Source of the DNA: an uncultured Alphaproteobacteria bacterium
Lineage (GTDB): Bacteria; Pseudomonadota; Alphaproteobacteria; HIMB59; GCA-002718135
NCBI GenBank assembly: GCA_902620285.1
Contig: CACNHT010000004.1
Coordinates: 2,651-66,650, forward strand
Reading direction: 5' to 3'
DNA length: 64,000 nucleotides
Shown: positions 18,009 through 27,335 of the stretch, piece by piece
How the letters are laid out: every line of letters begins with the position of its first letter
Numbering within the stretch: position 1 is the first letter of the stretch
The notes under the pieces: generated by a model
Databases searched by the model: none
What the model was told of the DNA's origin: nothing
Seen by the model: only the letters and a program-made list of their open reading frames with translations
Position numbers and translations under genes: made by a program

Positions 18009-18624
18009 TTTTAAATCATTAGTTTCAGGTGTTGGAAATGTAAATAAAACTAGAAAATATTATGATGATTGGTCAGCAAAATATGATGAAACACTTAAGT
18101 TATGGAATTATCAAGCACCTAAAAAGAGCATTAAATTTTTAAAAGAAACAAATAATTTTAAACCAAAAAATATCTTAGATTTAGCATGTGGAACTGGCTT
18201 ATTTGGTGCTGAATTAAAAACAGTTTATCCAAAAAGTCATATTTATGGTTCAGATATTTCAAAAAAAAGTGTGAAAATTTCATCAGGAAAAAAAATTTAT
18301 AAAAAATTACAAATAAAAAACTTTGAACAATTACATCATTATAAAATAAAATTTGATCTTATTTCATTGATTGGTTCGATGACGTATTGCAAAAACTTTG
18401 ACAAATTTTTTGCTAATATTAATAAAAATATTAAAGAAAAAGGCTTTGTACTATTTACCCATAGAATAGATTTATGGGAGAAACAGGATTTTTTAAGTAT
18501 TTTAAAAAAACATCAAAAGACATTAAAAATCAGTAAAATTTCTAGACCTTTAAATTATTTACCTTTGAACAATGATTTCAAAAATAAAATAAAAATAAAA
18601 ATTGTTTTATTACAAAAATATTAA
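18001..18624 (+). CDS. Class I SAM-dependent methyltransferase
   Basis: 207 aa with motif I ILDLACGTGLFG. Overlaps the C-N hydrolase stop by 8 nt. Confidence 0.8.
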   Translation: MTNFKSLVSGVGNVNKTRKYYDDWSAKYDETLKLWNYQAPKKSIKFLKETNNFKPKNILDLACGTGLFGAELKTVYPKSHIYGSDISKKSVKISSGKKIYKKLQIKNFEQLHHYKIKFDLISLIGSMTYCKNFDKFFANINKNIKEKGFVLFTHRIDLWEKQDFLSILKKHQKTLKISKISRPLNYLPLNNDFKNKIKIKIVLLQKY

Positions 18625-18719
18625 AATTTAGGCTTTTTAATTAAAAAATTTGAGCCAAAACCGAGAATCGGGTATTTATTATTTAGGTTTATTTTCTATC
18701 CATAAACCAACGATGAAAA

Positions 18720-18752
18720 GAAGGGATATTCGCCGTGTCCCTTCTTTTTTTT
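18720..18752 (+). terminator. Rho-independent terminator ending the long + strand gene string (possibly bidirectional)
   Basis: Stem GAAGGGA (18720-18726) / TCCCTTC (18738-18744), 11-nt loop, then T8 (18745-18752). Lies 96 nt after the methyltransferase stop and 38 nt beyond the mntR stop on the other strand. Confidence 0.7.
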
Positions 18753-18789
18753 ATACACTAGATAAAATTGATTTGGCAACAAATTAAAT

Positions 18790-19203
18790 TTATTTCTTTG
18801 AGTTAAAATTATCCATTTTTCGAAGTGTCTTTTCACTAACATGATGCTCTATTCCTTCAGCATCTTCAGAGGCTGTATTCTTGTCTAAACCAAGATTTAG
18901 TAAAAAATTGTATACAATATTATGCCTTTTTTTTGATTCACTTGCTATTTTTTGACCTTTAAAAGTTAAAAAAATTGATCGATAGGGTTCTCTTTTAACG
19001 TAACCCTGTGTCTGTAATCTTTGTATCGTTTTATTGGCTGTGGCTTGTGCAATACCCAAGTTTTCAGCAATATCAACAATACGAGCTTCACCTTTGGAAT
19101 TTAAAAGTTCTGCAATTAATTCTAAATAATCTTCAGTATTTTCTGTTTTATGAGCATTTCGGACTTTGCTAAATGACATCCTTTTTTTTAACATAATAAT
19201 CAA
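18790..19203 (-). CDS. mntR: DtxR/MntR-family metal-dependent transcriptional regulator
   Basis: 137 aa. Pattern TEDYLELIAELLNSKGEARIVDIAENLGIAQATANKTIQRLQTQGYV...RHNIVYNFL...EGIEHHVS, typical of MntR (winged HTH plus metal-binding helices). The true start may be an internal Met (MLKK/MSFSK). Confidence 0.85.
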   Translation of the reverse strand: MIIMLKKRMSFSKVRNAHKTENTEDYLELIAELLNSKGEARIVDIAENLGIAQATANKTIQRLQTQGYVKREPYRSIFLTFKGQKIASESKKRHNIVYNFLLNLGLDKNTASEDAEGIEHHVSEKTLRKMDNFNSKK

Positions 19204-19217
19204 TAAAAATTAACAGA

Positions 19218-19258
19218 AAATGTAGCCATAGCTATATTTATTAGCTATATATACATTT
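19218..19258. promoter_or_regulatory. Palindromic candidate MntR operator in the divergent mntR / transporter intergenic region
   Basis: AAATGTA (19218-19224) and TACATTT (19252-19258) flank two copies of TAGCTATA (19229-19236 and 19242-19249), each containing the TAGCTA palindrome. The whole intergenic region is only 56 nt. Confidence 0.5.
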
Positions 19259-19259
19259 A

Positions 19260-20408
19260 ATGAATGCACTAATTAATGCTATTAATGAAAAAACAAAGAT
19301 CATTCTTGAAAATGATGGAAGGTTATTAAAGAAATCTTTTTTTGGTCTATTATTGCTTTCTCTTGTTTTTCAAGGAGGAGAGTTTGGGGAAGTTATACGA
19401 TCATCAATGATAGATGCTTATATCCAAGTATCTGTTTTTGTAGGATTTACTCTTTTTGTTTTTATTGGATTGGACAGTTTAACAAAGTTTGATGTAAAGA
19501 ATTTTTTATCTAAGACACAAAAGTTCCATGTCGGTATAGCAGCTTTTTTAGGTGCAATACCTGGATGTGGTGGAGCTATAATAGTTGTAACGCAATATAT
19601 TCAGGGGCGTATTTCTTTTGGATCCTTAGTTGCTGTGTTAACAGCAACAATGGGCGATGCAGCTTTTTTAATACTTGCTATTGAGCCCACAACAGGACTT
19701 TTGATATTTGGTATTGGAATAATTGTTGGATCAATTTCAGGTTATATAATTGATTTTATTCATGGCATAAATTTTATGCAATCAGAGAAAAAAATAAAAG
19801 TTGAATTTGAAAAAATAAATAAAACTTTTGTATCGAATTTTAATTTCTTTTGGCTTTTTTTATTTATCCCTGGTTTTATTTTAGGTATTCTAGTTGCATT
19901 CCAGATAGAATTTTCACCAGCTTACAACTCACTTTTAGTTTTTGTAGCTTCTGCTGGAGCAATACTTTCAATATTTATGTGGTCATTAAATCCATTAAGT
20001 GATTTTCAATGCTCAACTGACAAAAGTAGAGGATTATTATCAAGAGTAGTAGATACAACTAATTTTGTAACCACCTGGGTCATTAGTGGTTTTCTTGTCT
20101 TTGAAATATTTATGTACTTTACAAGTTTAGATTTAAAAATATTTTTTGATTTATGGCTGCCGTTTGTTCCATTGGTAGCAATTCTATTTGGTTTTTTACC
20201 TGGTTGTGGACCGCAAGTTGTTGTAGCAACGTTTTATCTAAATGGCTATATTCCTCTTTCTGCTGAGCTTGGTAATGCTATTTCAAATGATGGTGATGCT
20301 TTATTCCCAGCAATTGCTCTTGCCCCAAAAGCTGCGATTTTAGCAACCCTTTATAGTGCAATTCCTGCATTAGTTGTTGCCTACGGATATTTTTACCTAT
20401 TTGAGTAA
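19260..20408 (+). CDS. Polytopic membrane protein, putative Mn2+ transporter (MntX-like / 10-TM metal transporter family)
   Basis: 382 aa, about 10 TM segments. Internal two-fold repeat with a duplicated motif: [16 protein letters not shown] and [16 protein letters not shown]. Divergently paired with mntR. MntX is a manganese importer described in marine bacteria; the assignment here is by context and pattern only. Confidence 0.5.
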   Translation: MNALINAINEKTKIILENDGRLLKKSFFGLLLLSLVFQGGEFGEVIRSSMIDAYIQVSVFVGFTLFVFIGLDSLTKFDVKNFLSKTQKFHVGIAAFLGAIPGCGGAIIVVTQYIQGRISFGSLVAVLTATMGDAAFLILAIEPTTGLLIFGIGIIVGSISGYIIDFIHGINFMQSEKKIKVEFEKINKTFVSNFNFFWLFLFIPGFILGILVAFQIEFSPAYNSLLVFVASAGAILSIFMWSLNPLSDFQCSTDKSRGLLSRVVDTTNFVTTWVISGFLVFEIFMYFTSLDLKIFFDLWLPFVPLVAILFGFLPGCGPQVVVATFYLNGYIPLSAELGNAISNDGDALFPAIALAPKAAILATLYSAIPALVVAYGYFYLFE

Positions 20409-20562
20409 AATCTTGAAGAAAAACTTACCATCTAAAGTTTGTATTGTTTGCAATAAGCCATTCTCTTGGAGAAAAAAATGGGAAAGAGATTGGAAGAATG
20501 TTTTATATTGTTCTAAGAAATGCTCTAAAAATGGATTAAAAAAAAATAATAATAATAATTAA
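20374..20562 (+). CDS. DUF2256-type small zinc-ribbon protein
   Basis: [29 protein letters not shown] matches the CxxCxxPFxWRKKW...YCSxxC pattern of DUF2256. The ATG at 20374 overlaps the transporter gene, and an in-frame TTG at 20413 is an alternative start. Confidence 0.6.
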   Translation: MLPTDIFTYLSKILKKNLPSKVCIVCNKPFSWRKKWERDWKNVLYCSKKCSKNGLKKNNNNN

Positions 20563-20571
20563 ATCTTATTT

Positions 20572-20721
20572 ATGACAGATAAATTAAATAAAGAAAAAGA
20601 TACACATCAAGCAAAAGATGATTCCAAAAAAGAAATACGCTTAACGAGATTAAAAAGGTTAGAAAAAAAACTGAAATCAAATATTTTAAAAAGAAAACAA
20701 GCTATTAGCAAAAATGGATAA
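20572..20721 (+). CDS. Hypothetical small, highly basic protein (49 aa), not in the ORF track
   Basis: ATG 20572 to TAA 20719-20721: MTDKLNKEKDTHQAKDDSKKEIRLTRLKRLEKKLKSNILKRKQAISKNG. The stop overlaps the murA start (ATGGATAA), suggesting translational coupling. I recognise no family. Confidence 0.3.
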   Translation: MTDKLNKEKDTHQAKDDSKKEIRLTRLKRLEKKLKSNILKRKQAISKNG

Positions 20722-21970
20722 ATTAATTATTAAAGGAGGTTCTAAAATTTCTGGCTCAATTAATGTTCACGGTTCAAAAAATTCTGCACTACCGATTATT
20801 GTATCTTCTCTTTTATCTAAAGAAACTTTAAAACTCTCAAATGTACCTAATGTGGTTGATGTTCTAAATTTAATAAAATTACTGAAAAATTATGGTGTAA
20901 AAATTGAACACAAAAAAAATAAATTAAAAATAAATCCCTTAAAAATTAAGAATCTATCAGCAGATTATGATGTTGTGCGAAAAATGAGAGCCTCTATATT
21001 GATTCTAGGTCCATTACTTTCTCGATTTGGTGAGGCTAGAATATCTTTACCAGGAGGATGTGCCATTGGAACTAGGCCAATAGATATACATCTTGCTGGT
21101 TTATCAAAATTGGGAGCTAATTTTGAAATTCAAAATGGTTTTGTTGTTGGCAGTGTTAAATCACAATTGATTGGTAATAAAATCAAATTACCTTTTCCAA
21201 GTGTAGGAGCTACTGAAAATATATTAATGGCCTCGGTATTGGCAAAAGGTGAAACTAAAATTTCTAATGCTGCAAGAGAACCAGAAATAGAAGATTTGTC
21301 TAACTGTCTTATAAAAATGGGTGCAAAAATCAAAGGTCATGGAACAAAAACTATTCTTGTTCAAGGCGTTACAAAATTAAAAAAAGCAGAGCATGAGATA
21401 ATTTCTGATAGAATTGTAGCCGGCACATATATAATTGCAGCTTTGATGTTAAATTCAGATTTAGAAATAAATAACTTTAATACTATCTATTTAAAATCCT
21501 TAATTGATATTTTAAAAAAAATGGGTGCAAAATTAAAAGTAAGTAAAAATTCCATAAAAGTCTCTAAAGGATCAAAACTAAAATCTACTAGTCTTTCAAC
21601 TAGTCCATATCCAGGTTTTCCTACCGATTTACAAGCTCAGTTAATGTCTCTTATGTGTATCTCTGATGGGAAGTCAAAAATTAAAGAAACAATTTTTGAA
21701 AATAGATTCATGCATGTTCCTGAACTGAATCGATTAGGTGCGAATATTACAGTAGAAAAAGATACCGCTAAAATAATAGGTAATCAAACATTTAAAGGAG
21801 CGCAGGTAATGGCTAGTGATTTACGAGCTAGTATAAGTTTAGTGTTAGCTGCTATGAATGCGAATGGTCAAACGACACTAAATCGTGTCTATCATCTTGA
21901 TAGAGGCTATGAAAATATTGAAAAAACATTAGGTAGTTTGGGAGCAAAAATAAAAAGACAGAAAAACTAA
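20714..21970 (+). CDS. murA: UDP-N-acetylglucosamine 1-carboxyvinyltransferase
   Basis: 418 aa. Pattern KLIIKGGSKISGSINVHGSKNSALPI and the active-site loop LPGGCAIGTRPIDIHL with the catalytic Cys. Confidence 0.95.
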   Translation: MDKLIIKGGSKISGSINVHGSKNSALPIIVSSLLSKETLKLSNVPNVVDVLNLIKLLKNYGVKIEHKKNKLKINPLKIKNLSADYDVVRKMRASILILGPLLSRFGEARISLPGGCAIGTRPIDIHLAGLSKLGANFEIQNGFVVGSVKSQLIGNKIKLPFPSVGATENILMASVLAKGETKISNAAREPEIEDLSNCLIKMGAKIKGHGTKTILVQGVTKLKKAEHEIISDRIVAGTYIIAALMLNSDLEINNFNTIYLKSLIDILKKMGAKLKVSKNSIKVSKGSKLKSTSLSTSPYPGFPTDLQAQLMSLMCISDGKSKIKETIFENRFMHVPELNRLGANITVEKDTAKIIGNQTFKGAQVMASDLRASISLVLAAMNANGQTTLNRVYHLDRGYENIEKTLGSLGAKIKRQKN

Positions 21971-22016
21971 CTTTTTCTAGTTTTTTCTTTGATCACAATA
22001 TAAAAGCCTGCAATTT

Positions 22017-22664
22017 ATGAGCAAAATAGTTATTGCAGTACCAAGAGGCAGAATAACAAAAGAATGTAAAAACTTGTTACTTAAAACAAGTTTTGCCCCT
22101 GATCCTCTACTATTTGATAAAGATACAAGAAAGTTAACGTTCAAATCTAAAAAAAGAAACATTGAATATATTAAAGTAAGAGCCTTTGATGCATGTACAT
22201 TTGTTGCATTTGGAGCTGCACAAATAGGAATAGCTGGTGAGGATGTAATTAATGAATTTGATTACTCAGAAATTTATGCTCCACTTGATTTAAATATTGG
22301 TCATTGTCGAATTTCTGTAGCTGCTCTGAAATCTTTATTAAAAAAAGAGGATCCAGAAACCTGGAGTAATATTAGAATTGCTACTAAATACCCAAATATT
22401 ACTAAAAAATTTTTTTATAATAAGGGAATACAAGTAGAAATTATAAAACTAAGTGGATCAATGGAATTAGCCCCTTCTTTAAATATGTGTAGAAGAATTG
22501 TAGATTTAGTTTCTACAGGAAAAACATTGAAAGAAAATGGTTTGACAGAAATTGAAGAAATAATGAAAATTCAATCTAAATTAATTGTCAATAGATCAGC
22601 TTATAAGACAAATATGAATGAGGTTTCAAAAATTATTTCTGAAATAGGTACTTTTGTTAAATGA
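22017..22664 (+). CDS. hisG: ATP phosphoribosyltransferase, short form
   Basis: 215 aa. IAVPRGRI..., GIAGEDV and DLVSTGKTLKENGL motifs. Overlaps the hisD start. Confidence 0.9.
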   Translation: MSKIVIAVPRGRITKECKNLLLKTSFAPDPLLFDKDTRKLTFKSKKRNIEYIKVRAFDACTFVAFGAAQIGIAGEDVINEFDYSEIYAPLDLNIGHCRISVAALKSLLKKEDPETWSNIRIATKYPNITKKFFYNKGIQVEIIKLSGSMELAPSLNMCRRIVDLVSTGKTLKENGLTEIEEIMKIQSKLIVNRSAYKTNMNEVSKIISEIGTFVK

Positions 22665-23941
22665 AAATAATAAAATTTAATAAAAATTTTTATAATCAAT
22701 TTCAGACAAAGATTGAAAAAAGAAATTCATTATCAAGTCAATCAATCCAAGAAGATGTAAAAAAAATTATTTATGATGTAAAAAAAAATGGCGATAAATC
22801 TCTAATTAAGTATGCGGCAAAATTTGATAAAGTTAAAATTAGTAAACAAAATCTAAGTTTAGATTTATCTAAAATAAAAATACAATCTAAAGTTGACCCA
22901 CAAATATTTAATAGTTTTAAAAAAGCTATAAAAAATATCTCATCATTTCACAAAAAACAATTACCTAAAAATATTATCTATACTAATAATGGTGCTACAT
23001 TGAAATCTGTATGGAAGCCTATTGATTCAGTTGGATTGTACGTACCTGGAGGAAGGGCTTTTTATCCCTCATCCTTAATTATGAATGCAGTACCAGCAAT
23101 CATAGCTGGAGTAAAAAGAATTGTTTGTATAACACCACCAACTAAATCAATTAATCCATATTTTATAAAATTAATTAAGGAATTAGGTATTAAAGAAACA
23201 TATTTTGTAGGAGGAGCTCAAGCTATTAGTGCACTAACTTTTGGCACTCAAACTATTAAGTCAGTAAATAAAATATTTGGACCTGGCAATGCTTACGTAG
23301 CAGAAGCAAAAAAACAATTATATGGAAAAGTAGGTATAGATTTACTAGCAGGGCCATCAGAAATAATTGTTGTTGCAAACAATAATAATAATCCAACTTG
23401 GGTTGCATCTGATCTTATTGCTCAAGCAGAGCATGATGAAAATGCACAGTCAATTTTAATTACTGACAATAAAAATTTTGCTTCAAAAGTTTTAAATTCA
23501 ATTACAAAAATTAAAAAAGAACTTCCAAAAAAGAAAATAATTGAGAAAAGTTTAAATAATAATGGTGTAATTGTTTTAGTTAAGAATATAGAACTTGCTT
23601 CAGATATTATTAATTTTGTTGCACCAGAACATTTACATATTCACATTTCAAATAATAAAAAATTATTATCAAAGATAAATAATGCTGGTGGTATTTTTTT
23701 AGGTGAATATTCTGTTGAAGCATTTGGTGATTATATCGTAGGAACCAATCATGTACTGCCAACATCAGGAGCTGCAAAATTTTCATCAGGGCTAGGTGTT
23801 TTAGATTTTATGAAAAGAAGTTCTGTTGTTGAGATGAAACAAAATTCTTTTAATACTCTTTCAGATGATACACAAAAAATGTCTGAACTTGAAGGGTTAG
23901 ATGGACATAAATTATCAGTAAAAATTAGACAAAAGAAATAA
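22661..23941 (+). CDS. hisD: Histidinol dehydrogenase
   Basis: 426 aa. Motifs GLYVPGG, AGPSE, QAEHD and APEHL. Confidence 0.95.
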   Translation: MKIIKFNKNFYNQFQTKIEKRNSLSSQSIQEDVKKIIYDVKKNGDKSLIKYAAKFDKVKISKQNLSLDLSKIKIQSKVDPQIFNSFKKAIKNISSFHKKQLPKNIIYTNNGATLKSVWKPIDSVGLYVPGGRAFYPSSLIMNAVPAIIAGVKRIVCITPPTKSINPYFIKLIKELGIKETYFVGGAQAISALTFGTQTIKSVNKIFGPGNAYVAEAKKQLYGKVGIDLLAGPSEIIVVANNNNNPTWVASDLIAQAEHDENAQSILITDNKNFASKVLNSITKIKKELPKKKIIEKSLNNNGVIVLVKNIELASDIINFVAPEHLHIHISNNKKLLSKINNAGGIFLGEYSVEAFGDYIVGTNHVLPTSGAAKFSSGLGVLDFMKRSSVVEMKQNSFNTLSDDTQKMSELEGLDGHKLSVKIRQKK

Positions 23942-23964
23942 TATTTATTATAAGATTATAAATT

Positions 23965-24183
23965 ATGCCGAAAGAAGGATCGATTGAGTTTCAAGGAGTT
24001 GTATTAGAGCTTCTCCCAAATGCAATGTTTAAAGTTAAATTAGAAAATGAACATGAAATTTTAGCTCATTCATCAGGTAAAATGAGAAAAAATAGAATTA
24101 GAGTATTAGCTGGAGATAAGGTCACTGTAGAAATGACACCATATGATTTAACAAAAGGCAGAATAACTTTTAGATGGAAGTAA
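23965..24183 (+). CDS. infA: Translation initiation factor IF-1
   Basis: 72 aa. S1-like fold sequence [67 protein letters not shown]. Confidence 0.97.
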   Translation: MPKEGSIEFQGVVLELLPNAMFKVKLENEHEILAHSSGKMRKNRIRVLAGDKVTVEMTPYDLTKGRITFRWK

Positions 24184-24353
24184 AAAAATCTAAAAAAAAT
24201 AATATTATTCCTTTAAAAAAAAAATCTAAGTGCCCAACTTGTAAAAAAGTTTCTAAAGAACCTTTCATCCCTTTTTGTTCAAAAAAATGTGCCAGTATTG
24301 ATTTGATGAAATGGCTTACAGACGAACATGGATTGGAAATAAAATCTGATTAA
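24174..24353 (+). CDS. yacG: YacG-like zinc-finger protein (DNA gyrase inhibitor family), 59 aa, absent from the ORF track
   Basis: ATG 24174 overlaps the last codons of infA; TAA at 24351-24353. Translation [59 protein letters not shown] shows the CPxC...PFCSxxCxxIDLxxW signature of YacG. Confidence 0.7.
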   Translation: MEVKKSKKNNIIPLKKKSKCPTCKKVSKEPFIPFCSKKCASIDLMKWLTDEHGLEIKSD

Positions 24354-24406
24354 TTGTTATATTTTTAATTGAATTAAATTATAAATACTTTATCTGATGG
24401 ATTTGT

Positions 24407-24482
<76 letters not shown>

Positions 24483-24537
24483 CGCAAATAATTATTTCTT
24501 CCCTTAAAAAATTTTTTTAAAAGTTTATATTAAAGAT

Positions 24538-25431
24538 GTGAAAGAAAAAAAAATTATAATAACCTCAACTGACAGTAGGTACTACCACTTAGTAAAAGAA
24601 TTGCTATCGTCTATAAAATTTAACAATTTAGATGATCACTTTGATTTTGGTATTTTAGATACTGGATTAACGAAAGAACAAAAAAATCAATTAAGTAAAG
24701 AAAATGTATTAATCAAATCTGCTGAATGGAATGTTAAAGTTCCAAAATATAAAATAAGAGGAAGAAATCATCTTAAAAATATTGTTGCAAGAGCATTCTT
24801 ACCTGATTATTTTCAGGGTTATCATAAATATATATGGCTTGATGCTGACACTTGGATCAATCACAAAGATACTTTCTTGCTGTTTGATAAAGGTTGTGAA
24901 CAAAATAATATTTGTATCACTCCACAAGTTGATAGATCTTATGGTGAGCTTGCAAAAGTGGAATGGTTTTTTAATTTTCCCAAAAGAATTAAAACAATTA
25001 ATTATAAAAATATTAGTAGATCAATATCCAAATCTTTTGCCAAAAAATTTGCAATGCTCCCTACTTTAAATGGCGGAGTATATTCAATTGGTAATAATTT
25101 TAATATTTGGAAAAAATTTCAAATAAATATTGAACTTGCATTAAAAAAGGGAAGAATATTTGGCTCCGATCAAGTAGCTTTAGCAATTTGTGTATATGAT
25201 GATAATATCCCCGTTCAACTTCTTCCAGCGTATACAAATTATATGTGTGAATTTCGTTATCCTATTTATGATGAAGAAAAATCTTTATTTGTTGAGCCTT
25301 TTCTGCCACATCACCCTATTGGAGTTATGCATTTAGCAGGCTTAGATCTACTTAGAGAGAAAAAAGACTTACTAGTCAAAACAAAAAATTTAAAAGGAGA
25401 AGAAATAAATAAATCTTTAAGATTTATATAA
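24538..25431 (+). CDS. Glycosyltransferase, GT8-like (nucleotide-diphospho-sugar transferase fold)
   Basis: 297 aa, GTG start. DxD motif in YIWLDADTWI, plus LNGGVYSI and GSDQVALAI resembling GT8 blocks. The family call is pattern-level. Confidence 0.5.
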   Translation: MKEKKIIITSTDSRYYHLVKELLSSIKFNNLDDHFDFGILDTGLTKEQKNQLSKENVLIKSAEWNVKVPKYKIRGRNHLKNIVARAFLPDYFQGYHKYIWLDADTWINHKDTFLLFDKGCEQNNICITPQVDRSYGELAKVEWFFNFPKRIKTINYKNISRSISKSFAKKFAMLPTLNGGVYSIGNNFNIWKKFQINIELALKKGRIFGSDQVALAICVYDDNIPVQLLPAYTNYMCEFRYPIYDEEKSLFVEPFLPHHPIGVMHLAGLDLLREKKDLLVKTKNLKGEEINKSLRFI

Positions 25432-25474
25432 TTATTAATTTCACTTAAACCATTTGATAATTATAATTTAAAAT

Positions 25475-26182
25475 ATGTTCAAATTTGAAAAACTTGTTTT
25501 TGGAGATGCAGGGTGGGGCGATGAATTTCTCATAGCAACACTTATGACTTTATTGGTTAGTATTTTATCTATGGGACTAGGTCTATTTTTAGCAATTATT
25601 ACAGTTTGGGCAAAGATAATACAAAACAGAATAACAAGAATTATTGCAAATTTTTATACAACAGTAATCAGAGGGGTTCCTGAATTATTAGTTATTTATT
25701 TAATTTTCTTTGGCGGTAATGCTGTTGTTATGAGTATCGCTAAAGTATTTGGATATAATAAATATATAGAACTAAACGCACTTACAATTGCGACAGTAGC
25801 CATTGCAGTAATATCAGCTACATATTCCAGTGAAGTTTTAAGAGCTTCTTATTTGGCTATATCTAAAGGTCAAATAGAAGCTGCAAGAGCACTGGGTATG
25901 AGTAAATTTAGTATTTTTTTTAAAGTTATTTCTCCTCAAGTTATAAGACATGCTTTACCGGGAATAGGGAATGTATGGCAAATAACACTTAAAGATACTT
26001 CACTCATTTCCGTAACTGGTCTTGTTGAAATTATGCGTCAATCTAGAATATCTTCTAACGTTGAGCATTCACCTTTAACTTTCTTAATAACAGCTGCAAT
26101 ATTATATTTATGCTTAACAACAATCTCTGGCAGGGTTTTTAAAAAGTTAGAAGTAAATTATTCCAAAGGATTTTCGACATGA
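25475..26182 (+). CDS. Polar amino-acid/opine ABC transporter permease (HisQ/OccQ-like)
   Basis: 235 aa with 5 TM segments and the EAA loop EAARALGMSKFSIFFKVISPQVIRHALPGIGN. Confidence 0.85.
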   Translation: MFKFEKLVFGDAGWGDEFLIATLMTLLVSILSMGLGLFLAIITVWAKIIQNRITRIIANFYTTVIRGVPELLVIYLIFFGGNAVVMSIAKVFGYNKYIELNALTIATVAIAVISATYSSEVLRASYLAISKGQIEAARALGMSKFSIFFKVISPQVIRHALPGIGNVWQITLKDTSLISVTGLVEIMRQSRISSNVEHSPLTFLITAAILYLCLTTISGRVFKKLEVNYSKGFST

Positions 26183-26889
26183 TTGAATTTTTAAATAGTA
26201 TTCAAAATTCTCTAATTTATAAAAATTTCTTTTTGGTCCTATCTGGCTTAGATAATACAATTTTATTATTATTAATTTCATTACCACTTGGTTTTGTTTT
26301 GGCATTATTATTTGCTCTAGGAAGAGTTTCTAAAATTACATTATTATCAAGAACAATTGCTAGTTATATTTTTGTTATTAGAGGTACGCCTTTACTTGTC
26401 CAAATATATTTGATTTATTTTGGTTTAGGTTCTGTAAAATTTATTAGAGAAAGTTTTTTATGGTACGCATTGAAAGAACCTTTTTGGTGTGGAGTATTAG
26501 CCCTTACAATCAATACTGTTGCATATGGAGCAGAAATTTTTCGAGGTGGTATTCAATCAATTGAGAAAAGTCAGGTTGAATCAGGTTTATCGCTAGGATT
26601 TGGAAAATTTTTACTTTTAAGAAAAATTATACTACCTATAGCTATACGAAATGTTTTACCATCTTACGGTAATGAATTAATACTAATGGTTAAAGCAACC
26701 TCTTTAGTTAGTTTGACAACCTACATGGAAATGACAGGTATCGCTAGAAAGATAATGGCTAAAACATTTGCACCAGTTGAAGCATTTATTGCTGCAGGTA
26801 TACTTTATTTATTTTTAAATTTTTTAATGGTACAATTCGTTAAATATTTAGAATGGAAATATAATCCACACTTAAGATTAAATAATTAA
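26179..26889 (+). CDS. Polar amino-acid/opine ABC transporter permease (HisM/OccM-like)
   Basis: 236 aa with the EAA loop ESGLSLGFGKFLLLRKIILPIAIRNVLPSYGN. Overlaps the upstream stop. Confidence 0.85.
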   Translation: MIEFLNSIQNSLIYKNFFLVLSGLDNTILLLLISLPLGFVLALLFALGRVSKITLLSRTIASYIFVIRGTPLLVQIYLIYFGLGSVKFIRESFLWYALKEPFWCGVLALTINTVAYGAEIFRGGIQSIEKSQVESGLSLGFGKFLLLRKIILPIAIRNVLPSYGNELILMVKATSLVSLTTYMEMTGIARKIMAKTFAPVEAFIAAGILYLFLNFLMVQFVKYLEWKYNPHLRLNN

Positions 26890-27335
26890 TTTCTAAACTT
26901 TTTGTGACATACCCCACAATTTGCTGACATTACTTTAAAAGCATCATTTAACATTTCACTATCTTCTAATTCAGCACTAAGTGAAATCATTTCAATATCA
27001 CTAACAAACTTATCGTTTAATTCATTAAAAGTTTCTCTATCATTCCATATTTCTTCACTAGCTCCTTTGTGCTGACTTCCTTCAGGATAGTGATCTTTAA
27101 AATCCGATGCTGCGTGTAACAAAGTTTCGTTTAATTCAAGAATTGCTTCATAATCATTAGTTTTTAACAATCTAAATATTTGAGATGACGTACTTTTAAC
27201 TTTTTGCATTAAAGCCATTCTATTATTAACGATCTCTTCAAGAGATTTATCTTCTAAAGTTACTTTATGACTCATCAAAATAGTAGGTGTCATCAACAAT
27301 AGTACTATGAGTATAATTTTAAAGCGTGTAACCAT
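26886..27335 (-). CDS. Class II c-type cytochrome (cytochrome c'/c-556-like), periplasmic
   Basis: 149 aa. Signal peptide and a single C-terminal haem motif CGVCHKKFR, as in four-helix-bundle class II cytochromes c. Confidence 0.65.
   Translation of the reverse strand: MVTRFKIILIVLLLMTPTILMSHKVTLEDKSLEEIVNNRMALMQKVKSTSSQIFRLLKTNDYEAILELNETLLHAASDFKDHYPEGSQHKGASEEIWNDRETFNELNDKFVSDIEMISLSAELEDSEMLNDAFKVMSANCGVCHKKFRN

Noticed and set aside
18713-18787. 24-aa ORF starting in the terminator stem
   Set aside because: It overlaps the hairpin and U-tract of the terminator and is explained by that structure.
21977-22162. 61-aa minus-strand ORF between murA and hisG
   Set aside because: It overlaps the hisG 5' end antisense and has no motif or RBS. 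The murA-hisG gap is only 46 nt.
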